A DNA stretch of 60,243 nucleotides, the filler included. It is 5 parts of 5 records of this genome, joined end to end, with 100 filler letters (N's around TTAATTAATTAA, not from the genome) between each part and the next. Parts side by side here need not be neighbours in the genome. Positions count along the whole stretch, not along the records: positions 49,897 to 60,243 come from SRR31156797_5017; 4 more parts are not named here. One strand, 5' to 3'. This document shows, piece by piece, positions 49,898 to 58,800 of the stretch. Below the pieces are notes generated by a model. The model was given only the letters and a program-made list of their open reading frames with translations. It did no database searches and was not told where the DNA came from. The position numbers were made by a program, and so were the translations under genes. Each line of letters starts with the position of its first letter. The stretch's first letter is position 1.

Positions 49898-50656
49898 AAA
49901 GGGGATACGCTCAAGGGGCTTGCCACAATTGGAAACGGAGAGGATCCCTTAAGCAAACGGATTAACGAGACGATTGCGACGGGCCTCAATAAAGGCGTCG
50001 AGCTTGCTTATGAAAATTATCCCGAAGAAACAAAGCAGACTTTGGAACTGCTCGACAAGCTAGGCAGCAAAGTCGATGCGACCTTGACCTGGGTCGATGA
50101 GACATCGGGAAAAAGAATAAGCAAGACATGGAATTCTCTGGACGAAGATACGAAGGGCTTGCTCAAATTGGGCGGCAAAGCTTTGGGCATGACAGTTTCA
50201 ATCTCAAGTGCAGGCGTTGGTACGTTAGCGCATTTGAAGAAGGTCCAAGCTGTTGCAAAGGCTGTTGACAAGGTTGTACCGGATAGTGTCAAGAACTCGA
50301 AGGTGGTTAAGGCGCTAGCTGACGTTGGCAATGATTTAAAGGTCCCGTGGAATTCTTGGGCTGGTTACATAAAACAAGTCGAGAATGGTAGAGAGTCTGC
50401 TCAAGTTGGGAATAGGCTGTATTCTCGCCATGCTGTTGATCGCATGCAGCCTAGTGGATTAGGTGCCCCTGCCGGGACTATTGGGGCCGGCAGGAATATT
50501 TCACCAAACATTGTTGAATATGTGATTGGAAATGGGACCAAATCTACAAAAATAGTGAACGGCGTTACTAGAACAATTCATTCGGCAGGAGATGTAAAGG
50601 TTGTCACTGAAGACCATGGTAGAATAGTTATTACTGTATTAAGGGGGAGGCGGTAA
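49898..50656 (+). CDS. C-terminal part of a CdiA-like polymorphic toxin, probable BECR/DUF4258-like RNase tip
   Basis: frame open from contig edge; ends YSRHAVDRMQP..GRNISP..VE..I..G......VVTE..GRIVITV; followed by a small acidic ORF. Confidence 0.72.
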   Translation, partial: KGDTLKGLATIGNGEDPLSKRINETIATGLNKGVELAYENYPEETKQTLELLDKLGSKVDATLTWVDETSGKRISKTWNSLDEDTKGLLKLGGKALGMTVSISSAGVGTLAHLKKVQAVAKAVDKVVPDSVKNSKVVKALADVGNDLKVPWNSWAGYIKQVENGRESAQVGNRLYSRHAVDRMQPSGLGAPAGTIGAGRNISPNIVEYVIGNGTKSTKIVNGVTRTIHSAGDVKVVTEDHGRIVITVLRGRR

Positions 50657-50662
50657 CTAATC

Positions 50663-50959
50663 ATGCAAGAAGATGTTTTAAAAGAGCAGATAGAAAGAAG
50701 TTGCAACCGACATTTGAGAGGCGATCTTTCAATTGAAGAATTTCAATGGGAATTGAGGAATATTGAAAACTCTATTACTTCAATAGAATACAATGAGATA
50801 AGAACGTATCTTGCAGAAACTGAAGGAGAATTAGAGTTGATATTATATACGGAAGAACCATTCATTCAGACGAGGTTAAGCTATAGGCTGGCAATGAATG
50901 TGGTGAAATGGCTGAACCAACGCAAAATACAGGAAAAACAGATAGATCATACCAAGTAA
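50663..50959 (+). CDS. Putative cognate immunity protein (CdiI-like)
   Basis: 98 aa, acidic, low GC, starts 6 nt after the toxin stop, RBS GGAGG. Confidence 0.65.
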   Translation: MQEDVLKEQIERSCNRHLRGDLSIEEFQWELRNIENSITSIEYNEIRTYLAETEGELELILYTEEPFIQTRLSYRLAMNVVKWLNQRKIQEKQIDHTK

Positions 50960-50980
50960 GCCCCACCAATAATAGATAAT

Positions 50981-51005
50981 AGGCCCGGCTCAGTCCGGGC
51001 CTTTC
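50981..51005 (+). terminator. Terminator after the immunity gene
   Basis: AGGCCCGG-CTCAGT-CCGGGCCT-TT. Confidence 0.75.
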
Positions 51006-51021
51006 TCTTGCTCTTTGACAT

Positions 51022-51117
51022 AGCCTGACCATCAACACCGACGTTGGCACTGCCATCAACGGCGGCGACCTTGGCGAGAATTTGATCGCGAATCTGCACG
51101 GGGCGACGGTGTCCAGT
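51022..51117 (+). pseudogene. Relic cdiA fragment (DUF637-like)
   Basis: GC-rich start-less patch SLTINTDVGTAINGGDLGENLIANL. Confidence 0.55.
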
Positions 51118-51570
51118 CAAAGTCAAAGGTAGTAAGCGCTGAGAATGGGAAAATTATTTTAACGTATTTTTGCAGTGACCTTCGAGATCCGTTGGTTGTT
51201 GACGGTAACAACACTGAAAGCGGCTTCTTTTTCATGAGCCGGGTCGATCAATCCTTCGCTAAAGTCTATATGGCTTGACGTGCTCCTAATAAGGATTGGA
51301 TGGACTTTTTTTTAAAGAGTACTTTTGGAGCTATTGAGGTGCTCAATCCAGGGAATTCAACAAACTTGTTTCAACTTTTTTGAAACGGAAGAGTAGGGCT
51401 GCATGAGTTGTGAGTTTAGTCCAATAACTTCAAATTTGTAGTTCGCTTTCAACTCGTTGTTTTGTGGCCCAATAAGGTCGCCCTTCTTTTGAGTTGCTAT
51501 GAGTCGAAAAGTAAATTATAGTTTCTAAAAAAGGATAAGAAATAAATTTTAATTACTCTGGAGAAAGTCG

Positions 51571-51918
51571 ATGAGTCGATCAGCAGCAGCAGGCAAAGCC
51601 ATCTCCCCGGCAGCAGTTCGTACTCTTGAGAAGGTTGGTGCCAACATCAAGAAAGCTCGGCTGCGCCGGAACATTACCCAAAAAGACCTGGCTCGGCGAG
51701 CCTCGACCAACCATGTTACTTTGGGCAAGCTTGAAAGAGGCGAACCCACTGTCGGGTTAGGTGTGCTTGTTCAGGTCCTTGAAATCCTTGGGCTGCTCTC
51801 AAACTTAGAATTGTTGGCCAATCCCAACGATGACCAACTCGGCGTAGCTCTTGAGGAAAAAAACCAGCGCCAGCGTGCCGGCAGCAAACGCAATGCAGAT
51901 GAAGCCTTGGACTTTTAA
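51571..51918 (+). CDS. XRE/HTH antitoxin (HipB-like)
   Basis: GANIKKARLRRNITQKDLARRA...LGKLERGEP; directly upstream of hipA. Confidence 0.85.
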   Translation: MSRSAAAGKAISPAAVRTLEKVGANIKKARLRRNITQKDLARRASTNHVTLGKLERGEPTVGLGVLVQVLEILGLLSNLELLANPNDDQLGVALEEKNQRQRAGSKRNADEALDF

Positions 51919-51927
51919 GGATAGCTT

Positions 51928-53193
51928 ATGGCTCAAGATATTACATTCGTATTTATTTCGATAGAAGGACATTTTGTGCCAGCCGGACGACTTCAAATGT
52001 CGCACTCTGGAGAGGCCGTTCATTTGTCCGAGTTTTCGTATGGTCGCAGATATCTTGAACGTAAAAACGCCATCCCCATTGACCCTAACGAACTTCCTCT
52101 CACACTCCGAACATATTCCACCATAGGACAATTTCGTGCATTTCAGGATGCTAGTCCGGATGGATGGGGGCGGCATCTCCTTGATCTGGCAGCCGAAGAA
52201 TATGGTGTAAAGCCTACCGAATTTGATTATTTAACTGTTCTTGATCAGGAAAATAGGATTGGGGCCTTGGCATTTGGTCCAGACCCCAGAAAGCGGCCAG
52301 AGCCAACCACCCCTCCATGGCGGCCTGATATTGTCCATGGGGATACTCTTGATCTTGGCGAGATGATTCGTGTTGCAGATCTTGTTCTTAGCCATGAAAA
52401 ACTTGCCCCGGAACACAGACGATTCCTTGTCCGGGGATCTTCCGCCGGAGGGGCTCAACCCAAGGCTGTTGTCGAATATGAAGGCCGACAATGGATTGCT
52501 AAATTTTCACGAGAATTTGAATATTGGCCGACGTGTCGCATTGAGTTGGCCGCCATGAACTTGGCAGCTTTGTGCTCGATACGTATTCCCGAATGTAAAG
52601 TCATTGAAGTAAGTGGTCGTGACGTCTTTCTTGTCGAGAGGTTTGACCGTAGTCGTGATCATATTCGTCACCACTTTTTGTCTGCGATGACACTCGTTGG
52701 TGCTCAGGACATGACCGAAGGGGCCTATGGAGACATTGCACGAGCTATTCGACGATATGGGGTTGCTGATTATGTCAAAGATGATTTGGTGGAACTGTTT
52801 CGCCGAATGGTCTTCAATATCCTTTGCAATAACAACGATGACCACCTCAAGAACCACGGCTTTCTGTATGACCCCACGAGTAAGATGTGGAGGTTGTCGC
52901 CCGCCTACGACATCGTTCCCCAACCCCGTGAAAATACTGATGGCCATGGCTTTTTGACTCTCGAAGTTGGTTCGAAAGGTCGATTAGCCACGCTTGAGAA
53001 TGCATTGTCTCGATGTGAAGAATTTGGACTCAACAAAGATGAAGCAACTAAGATAGCTTCTGAGGTTAAGAATATAGTCTCTCACCGGTGGGTCTCCGAG
53101 AATCGGAAAGCCCTTGTGCCGGAAGAAAAGATTCGGCTCGTAGAAGAAGTTTACCGTGAGGCAGAGGCCAGCTCGGTTCTTTGGACCTCTTAG
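51928..53193 (+). CDS. hipA: HipA family Ser/Thr kinase toxin
   Basis: PDGWGR, RIGALAF, GSSAGGAQPKA, VERFDR, NNDDHLKNHGF, LSPAYD. Confidence 0.92.
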   Translation: MAQDITFVFISIEGHFVPAGRLQMSHSGEAVHLSEFSYGRRYLERKNAIPIDPNELPLTLRTYSTIGQFRAFQDASPDGWGRHLLDLAAEEYGVKPTEFDYLTVLDQENRIGALAFGPDPRKRPEPTTPPWRPDIVHGDTLDLGEMIRVADLVLSHEKLAPEHRRFLVRGSSAGGAQPKAVVEYEGRQWIAKFSREFEYWPTCRIELAAMNLAALCSIRIPECKVIEVSGRDVFLVERFDRSRDHIRHHFLSAMTLVGAQDMTEGAYGDIARAIRRYGVADYVKDDLVELFRRMVFNILCNNNDDHLKNHGFLYDPTSKMWRLSPAYDIVPQPRENTDGHGFLTLEVGSKGRLATLENALSRCEEFGLNKDEATKIASEVKNIVSHRWVSENRKALVPEEKIRLVEEVYREAEASSVLWTS

Positions 53194-53370
53194 CAGCGAA
53201 TTTAAGAGTGTCTCGTCGAGATGAGTTAATCAGGAAGTCGGACGAGAGGAATTGAGAAATATCTGTGAGCCACCTCTGAGACGTTGCTTTCGAGGGTGAG
53301 TAATTTTTTCTTGCCATAAGAAAACCGCTCCTGGTTGTTTCCATTTTCAAGAATCCCAGAAGCGGCTTTA

Positions 53371-53416
53371 CTTAACAACTTTATTACTCACTTAAAAAAT
53401 TTATTACTCACCCACA
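53371..53416 (-). mobile_element. Tn7-like transposon end, right-end type (two contiguous TnsB-type sites)
   Basis: reverse complement TGTGGG-TGAGTAATAAATTTTTTAAG-TGAGTAATAAAGTTGTTAAG. Confidence 0.75.
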
Positions 53417-53420
53417 CAGG

Positions 53421-53566
53421 TGTGGGCGAGTAATAAAGTTCTTTTGTCGAAAGTCCAGAAGTTCTTGTTTCTCGGTGACGAAAACGAAGTCTGAGTAATA
53501 AAGTTCTTAAGTGGGAGGGGTGACAACTCGAAAAGGGTACAAGTTTTGAGTAATAAAGTTTTTAAG
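53421..53566 (+). mobile_element. Tn7-like transposon end, left-end type (three spaced TnsB-type sites)
   Basis: TGTGGGCGAGTAATAAAGTTCTT at 53421; TGAGTAATAAAGTT.TTAAG at 53492 and 53547; compare Tn7 terminus TGTGGGCGGACAATAAAGTCTTAAA. Confidence 0.8.
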
Positions 53567-53924
53567 TGCCAATTGGCGAGGCGGGGGTAGCCGATGAGTG
53601 TTTTGTTTGAATTTTGGGAACACGGTATTTAATTGGGCTAGATTTTTCCTTTCGCCCTGTATCTCTACTCATGTCCTTGGTAGATACTAAATTGGGTAAA
53701 TGAAGCCGCTTTCTAGTGCTTGTATTATTAAGCAAGCCAGGAGTGACTTATGCAAAACGAAGAAAAGCCTTTCTCGATTAGCCGTTCGAAATTGTTATTT
53801 TTGAATTGAGCATTCCGATAATCTGAATAGCCTCAAAAAAATTAATGTAATTATCTATACGCTTGACGCCGATAATTATTTAATGCAGGAATTTCTCACT
53901 TGTTGAGCTTCCGGGGTGGAACTT

Positions 53925-54005
53925 CAGCAAACCATAAAGCCAAATTCGTCGTGAGGCGAAGACGGAAAGCCACGGGTCTTAAGAAGATAGCCGGGTTGCT
54001 AGGGA
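53925..54005 (+). ncRNA. c-di-GMP-I (GEMM) riboswitch
   Basis: GCCAAA-TTCGTC-GTGA-GGCGAA-GACGGAAAGCCACGGGTCT..AGATAGCCGGGTTGC, in the 5' UTR of cdiB. Confidence 0.88.
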
Positions 54006-54113
54006 TCTTACTCTATTCTTACCCTTCAGTCCTCTTTTCTCACCTTTGGTTTTCTCATAATTATTTTGAGTTTAGTGCAATCCGTTGTTCGGGTGCTCAA
54101 AGGTGAGATGTTT

Positions 54114-55841
54114 ATGATTTGGGATAAAGCTAGTGCTGCAGCTTTGTTTTTTTGTGCTTTGTTATTTGTTTTTCCGGGGAGTGCCTTGGCCCAGTCCGTT
54201 CAAGACGCTGGGCGCGTGCAAGAGCGTATCATTCAGCGAGAGGAAGAGCGTCGTCGAATACTACAGGAACAGCTCGAACAACAAACTAAACAACCCCCTT
54301 CAGGTGTTGAATTACAGAAAGAGCCTCCGGTTGAACCCATAGACGGAGCGACCTGTTTCGATGTTCGTCGAATCAATCTAACCGGCGTGACGTTGATCCC
54401 TGTCAGCATCCTTGATGATTTGACCAGCGAATACACTGGCCGTTGCCTGACCTTGGCGGACATCAACGAGTTGCTTAAGGCCATCACCAACGAATATGTT
54501 GCCCGCGGCTATGTGACCTCCCGGGCCTATTTGCCGGAGCAAGACATCTCGAGTGGTGTCCTTGAACTGAAAGTCATTGAGGGGCGCATTGAAGACATCA
54601 CGCTGAATGACGGTATTGGCAAGCAAAATCAACTTTTAGGTCCTTTTATGGGGCTTGTAGGCGATCCTCTTAACCTTCGTGACCTTGAACAAGGGCTGGA
54701 TCAATTCAACCGTTTGGCCTCAAATAACGCTACGATGAAATTGGTACCTGGCAACAAGCCAGGGCAGAGCATCGTTGCTATTACAAATGATCCTGACACG
54801 AGATGGCGCATATCATTGGGCTGGGATGATTCCGGCCAGGATTCCACTGGCACAAATCAGTATTCACCACAATTCGAGAAGGATAACTTTATCGGATTCA
54901 GCGATATGTTGTCTCTGAATTATTCGGCCACACCTCTTCCTTGGGAGTCTTCCAGGCGAGCAAAGAACAGCCAAAGTCTTTCTGCTTATTGGTCTCTGCC
55001 ATTGGGCTATTGGACGGTTAGCTTATTCGCTAGTAAATTCAATTATAATACGATCCTTTCGGGCATGACTCAGGAGTTCTCCAATAAGGGCGAGACCTGT
55101 TTTCAATCACTGGGGATCGACCGTGTAATCCATCGTGACGCCGACAGCAAAACGTCCTTGGGAGTCGGTGTGGAACATCGCAAGGTGGAAAGTTGGATTG
55201 AGGGTGTTCGATTGGTGGCTAGCAGCTATGAAACCACCGACGTCGGCCTTAAGGCCAGCCATACACGCCGTTTGCTTGGCGGATCGTTGAGCATGGGGCT
55301 CGAATATCATTGGGGTGCAGATTTTTTAGGCTCCTCAGAGCCTCTCGATGGTGAGGGGGTACCCACTCCCCAATATACAAAGTGGGAAGGGAACCTGAAC
55401 TATTACCATCCTATTTCTTTTGGTGGTCAATCCCTGATGTGGAGCTCGATTCTTCGTGCTCAGTATAGCCACGATTCCCTTTATAGTGCTGAGCGTATGT
55501 CGATCGGTAGTCGTTATACGGTTCGTGGATTTTCGATCGATAGCCTGAGTGGAGATAGCGGGGGATATATTCGTAACGAACTCTCCTGGCGGTTGCCTTT
55601 TCAGAACTACTACACCGATAAAATCTCGGCTTGCGAACTGTTCGCGGGATATGACTATGGGATGATCCTTCGCGACGAGAATGACCCTTATGAGCGAGGC
55701 TGTTTGCAGGGAATTGCCTTGGGCCTGCGTACTTTTGGCAAGTTGAGCGCCAGTGCGACTATTGCCAAAGCCATAGCCGCACCTGATTTTCTCGAAAAAG
55801 AAAACTTTGAAATCTATAGCGCTGTGACTGTGACATTCTAG
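54114..55841 (+). CDS. cdiB: TpsB/CdiB (ShlB/FhaC/HecB) outer-membrane transporter
   Basis: signal peptide, POTRA (ITNEY..RGYVTSRA), LNLRDLEQGLDQ, SIGSRYTVRGF, terminal Phe. Confidence 0.93.
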   Translation: MIWDKASAAALFFCALLFVFPGSALAQSVQDAGRVQERIIQREEERRRILQEQLEQQTKQPPSGVELQKEPPVEPIDGATCFDVRRINLTGVTLIPVSILDDLTSEYTGRCLTLADINELLKAITNEYVARGYVTSRAYLPEQDISSGVLELKVIEGRIEDITLNDGIGKQNQLLGPFMGLVGDPLNLRDLEQGLDQFNRLASNNATMKLVPGNKPGQSIVAITNDPDTRWRISLGWDDSGQDSTGTNQYSPQFEKDNFIGFSDMLSLNYSATPLPWESSRRAKNSQSLSAYWSLPLGYWTVSLFASKFNYNTILSGMTQEFSNKGETCFQSLGIDRVIHRDADSKTSLGVGVEHRKVESWIEGVRLVASSYETTDVGLKASHTRRLLGGSLSMGLEYHWGADFLGSSEPLDGEGVPTPQYTKWEGNLNYYHPISFGGQSLMWSSILRAQYSHDSLYSAERMSIGSRYTVRGFSIDSLSGDSGGYIRNELSWRLPFQNYYTDKISACELFAGYDYGMILRDENDPYERGCLQGIALGLRTFGKLSASATIAKAIAAPDFLEKENFEIYSAVTVTF

Positions 55842-55850
55842 GAGTATGAG

Positions 55851-58800
55851 ATGAAAGCCAATAGAATTTCCAACCAATTGCTTAGTGTTATACTGTCATG
55901 TCTTATCGTTTTTCAGCCCGGCTTTATCGCCATGGCTGGAGACCGTCCTACAGTGGTCGATCCGACCGCCCCTGACGGAAAGAAGCCGATAATTGACCAA
56001 GCTGCAAATGGAGTTCCTATTGAGCTGATCGCGACTCCGGGCAGCGGTGGGGTTTCTCACAATCTGTTCACCGATTTCAACGTGAATAAAATTGGTTTGA
56101 TTATTAACAACAGTCAATCAATGGGGCAATCACAGCTGGGTGGCATCATCGCTGGGAATCCCAATCTCAAAGGGGGAGAGGCGCGTCTTATCTTGAACGA
56201 GGTCACTGGCGCTAATCGTTCTCATCTTGAAGGGTATACAGAGTTACACGGTGGCAAAGCTGATTATATATTGGCAAACCCAAATGGTATTACCGTCAAC
56301 GGTGGTGGATTCATCAATTTCCCTCAAGTAACTCTGACCACGGGCAAATCCTGCTTCGGTACGGGGGGACTAGAAGGAATTGATGTTCGCTCTGGTGATA
56401 TTTTGGTCGAGGGCGCAGGTGTCAATGCTACCAATATAGACGCTTTTACACTGCTTGCGCGTGCGACCCAAATCAATGCTGCTATCCACGCCAAGATTCT
56501 GACTATCGCAGTCGGGCAGAATGCATATAATCCCACCGATGGTTCCATAACTGCCTTGGCGCCAGACGCCACACTCACTCCTTCTGTTGCCATTGATTCC
56601 AGTGCGCTGGGAGGTATGTACGCTAGACGTATCGTGCTCCAAGGTACCGAGGCCGGGGTCGGGGTTAATCTTAAAGGCATCATCCAGGCCGTGGACTCAT
56701 TTGAGTTGACGGCAGACGGGCAAATTCGTCTAAAAAATAAAACGACTGCCGGAACCGATATTCAAATTCGTTCTCAGAACGGTGGTGTAGAAATTAATGA
56801 TACAGTTTATGCGGGGGGAGCTGCTCTTGTAAGCGCCGCGGATGCTCTCAACATACGTCAGGGTGCGTCTGGTGATACCTCCATGGTCGGGGCTGCCGGA
56901 CATCTCACGTTGTCTGCTGCTTCCGTTAACGCTGTAGATGGGAATATTACTGCGGGGCTACAGACGGATGGAAGTGTATCTGGTGGGACCTTGTCTGTTA
57001 TGGCAGCCAACTCGTTGACCACAAAAGATTCGAAACTCGTTTCCGGTGGTAAATTGTCTATAGCTTCGTCTGATATTTCTATTGATGGTGGCAGCGTTGC
57101 AGCCGTAGAGAAATTGAGTATTCAAGGATCTAATTCAGGTGATGTCGTTATGACCGGTGCGGCTGAATTGTCCTCGTTGAATGCCATGGATGTTGAAGCA
57201 CGTTCCTGGACTGCGGCCGATGGTTTGCTGAAAGCAAATGGTTTGTACTTTTCGTTGATTGGCGATCTTAACCTAGGAAGTGCTGTTCTGAATTCCACCG
57301 GGACGCTGACCTTGGAAGCGAACTCGCTGGCGACCGGCGCAGGTGCTTCCATTACGAGCTTCGCAGATATGGTCTTGGCCTTGGATGCGCTCCAAAACAA
57401 TGGTGGTCTGATTTACGCTGGCGACGAACTGAATTTGAACGTCCGCAGGCTTGATAACACCTCCGCAGGCTATATCGTCGGGGTCAATGGTGTGGACGTC
57501 AGCGGACAAACCGAAGGTTCCCGTGCCGCGCTGATCAGCAACAACCAGTCGGTGATCGAAAGCCTCGGCGGCTCCGTGAATATCGCGGCGGAGAGTCTTG
57601 AAAATATTTCTGGTGCTGCGACCATCACGACACAAGATGCTGGCTGGATTTACTGGAGCATGGGCTTCCCGGCGGATTTTCCCGGCTTCAATGCCGACGG
57701 CACAAGGAATGTCTTCAGTGAAGCTGGTGCGCGATTGTACCAAAACAAAGGAGGGGTAAACGCACACCTTCAGTATATCCTGGAAACATACGGCCTGCCC
57801 TGGCACCGTCCGTACGATGGCCGCACCTTGCAGGAATGGATTCACACCACCGAAGAGATCATTGAAAACGCTGGCGTGACAGCCGAGATACTGTCTGCCG
57901 AGAATATGGTCATTGATGCTGACACAATTCTCAATGACCATGGCATCATCTCCTCCGGCGCCGACCTGACAATCACCGCCAATTCGCTGACCAACCGGGG
58001 TGTCGAACTGAGCCGCAACCTCGACTTTTACCGCAACTTCCACCAGGTGCACGACAGCGGAAGCCGTAGTTACGGCCAGGTTCAGCAGCATTTTGAACTC
58101 TCGCAAGTCACCAGCTCCGATCCGGCTGTTGTCGCGGCGGCAGGAACACTGACCGTCAATGTGCCGGGACATGTCAACAACGAAAGCTTCAAGGAAGGCG
58201 AACAGTACACGGGCAAGTTTGCGGGGAACGCTGCATACTCAGATCTGGAAGTCACAGGGCCGCTCAAGGATCCCGATACGGGTGAACCCGTCAATACGAT
58301 CACCGTCTCCCTCCCGACAGGCGTGGGATCCCTGTATGTCGTGAACAAGAACCCGGAACAGACATACCTCATCGAGACCAACCCGGCGATGACCAATGTC
58401 GGTAACTTCTATGGCTCACAATACTTCTTTGATGAAGTCGGGGTAAATGTTGCCGATCTGAACAACCAGATTTTAGGCGATGCCTTTTTTGAAACCAATA
58501 TGGTTCGTAAGCAGATTCTCAAGGCGACGGGAAAACGCTACCTGAACCCGACCTATACCAGTGACGCCGATCAATTCCGCCGACTCATGGACAATGCGGC
58601 CCAGGCCAAGACCGAGTTGGGGCTTGAAATCGGCGTGGCCCTGAGCGCGGAGCAATTGGCGGGTTTGACCGAGGATATCGTCTGGTACGAAACCCGCGAG
58701 GTCATGGGCAAGAAAGTCCTTGTGCCCGTGGTCTACCTAGGGTCCGTGTCCCAGGCCAATCTGGACCTCACACGAGGCGCCATGCTCACGGGCGATTCCG

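Noticed and set aside
53371-53566. Repeats as a CRISPR array or plasmid iterons
   Set aside because: Repeats occur in both orientations with irregular spacing (0, 45 and 35 nt) and converge on TGT termini; no cas or rep gene is present. Transposon ends fit better.
53925-54005. Riboswitch as a cGAMP-sensing variant
   Set aside because: The specificity position reads G, not A, although the scaffold resembles deltaproteobacterial variants.
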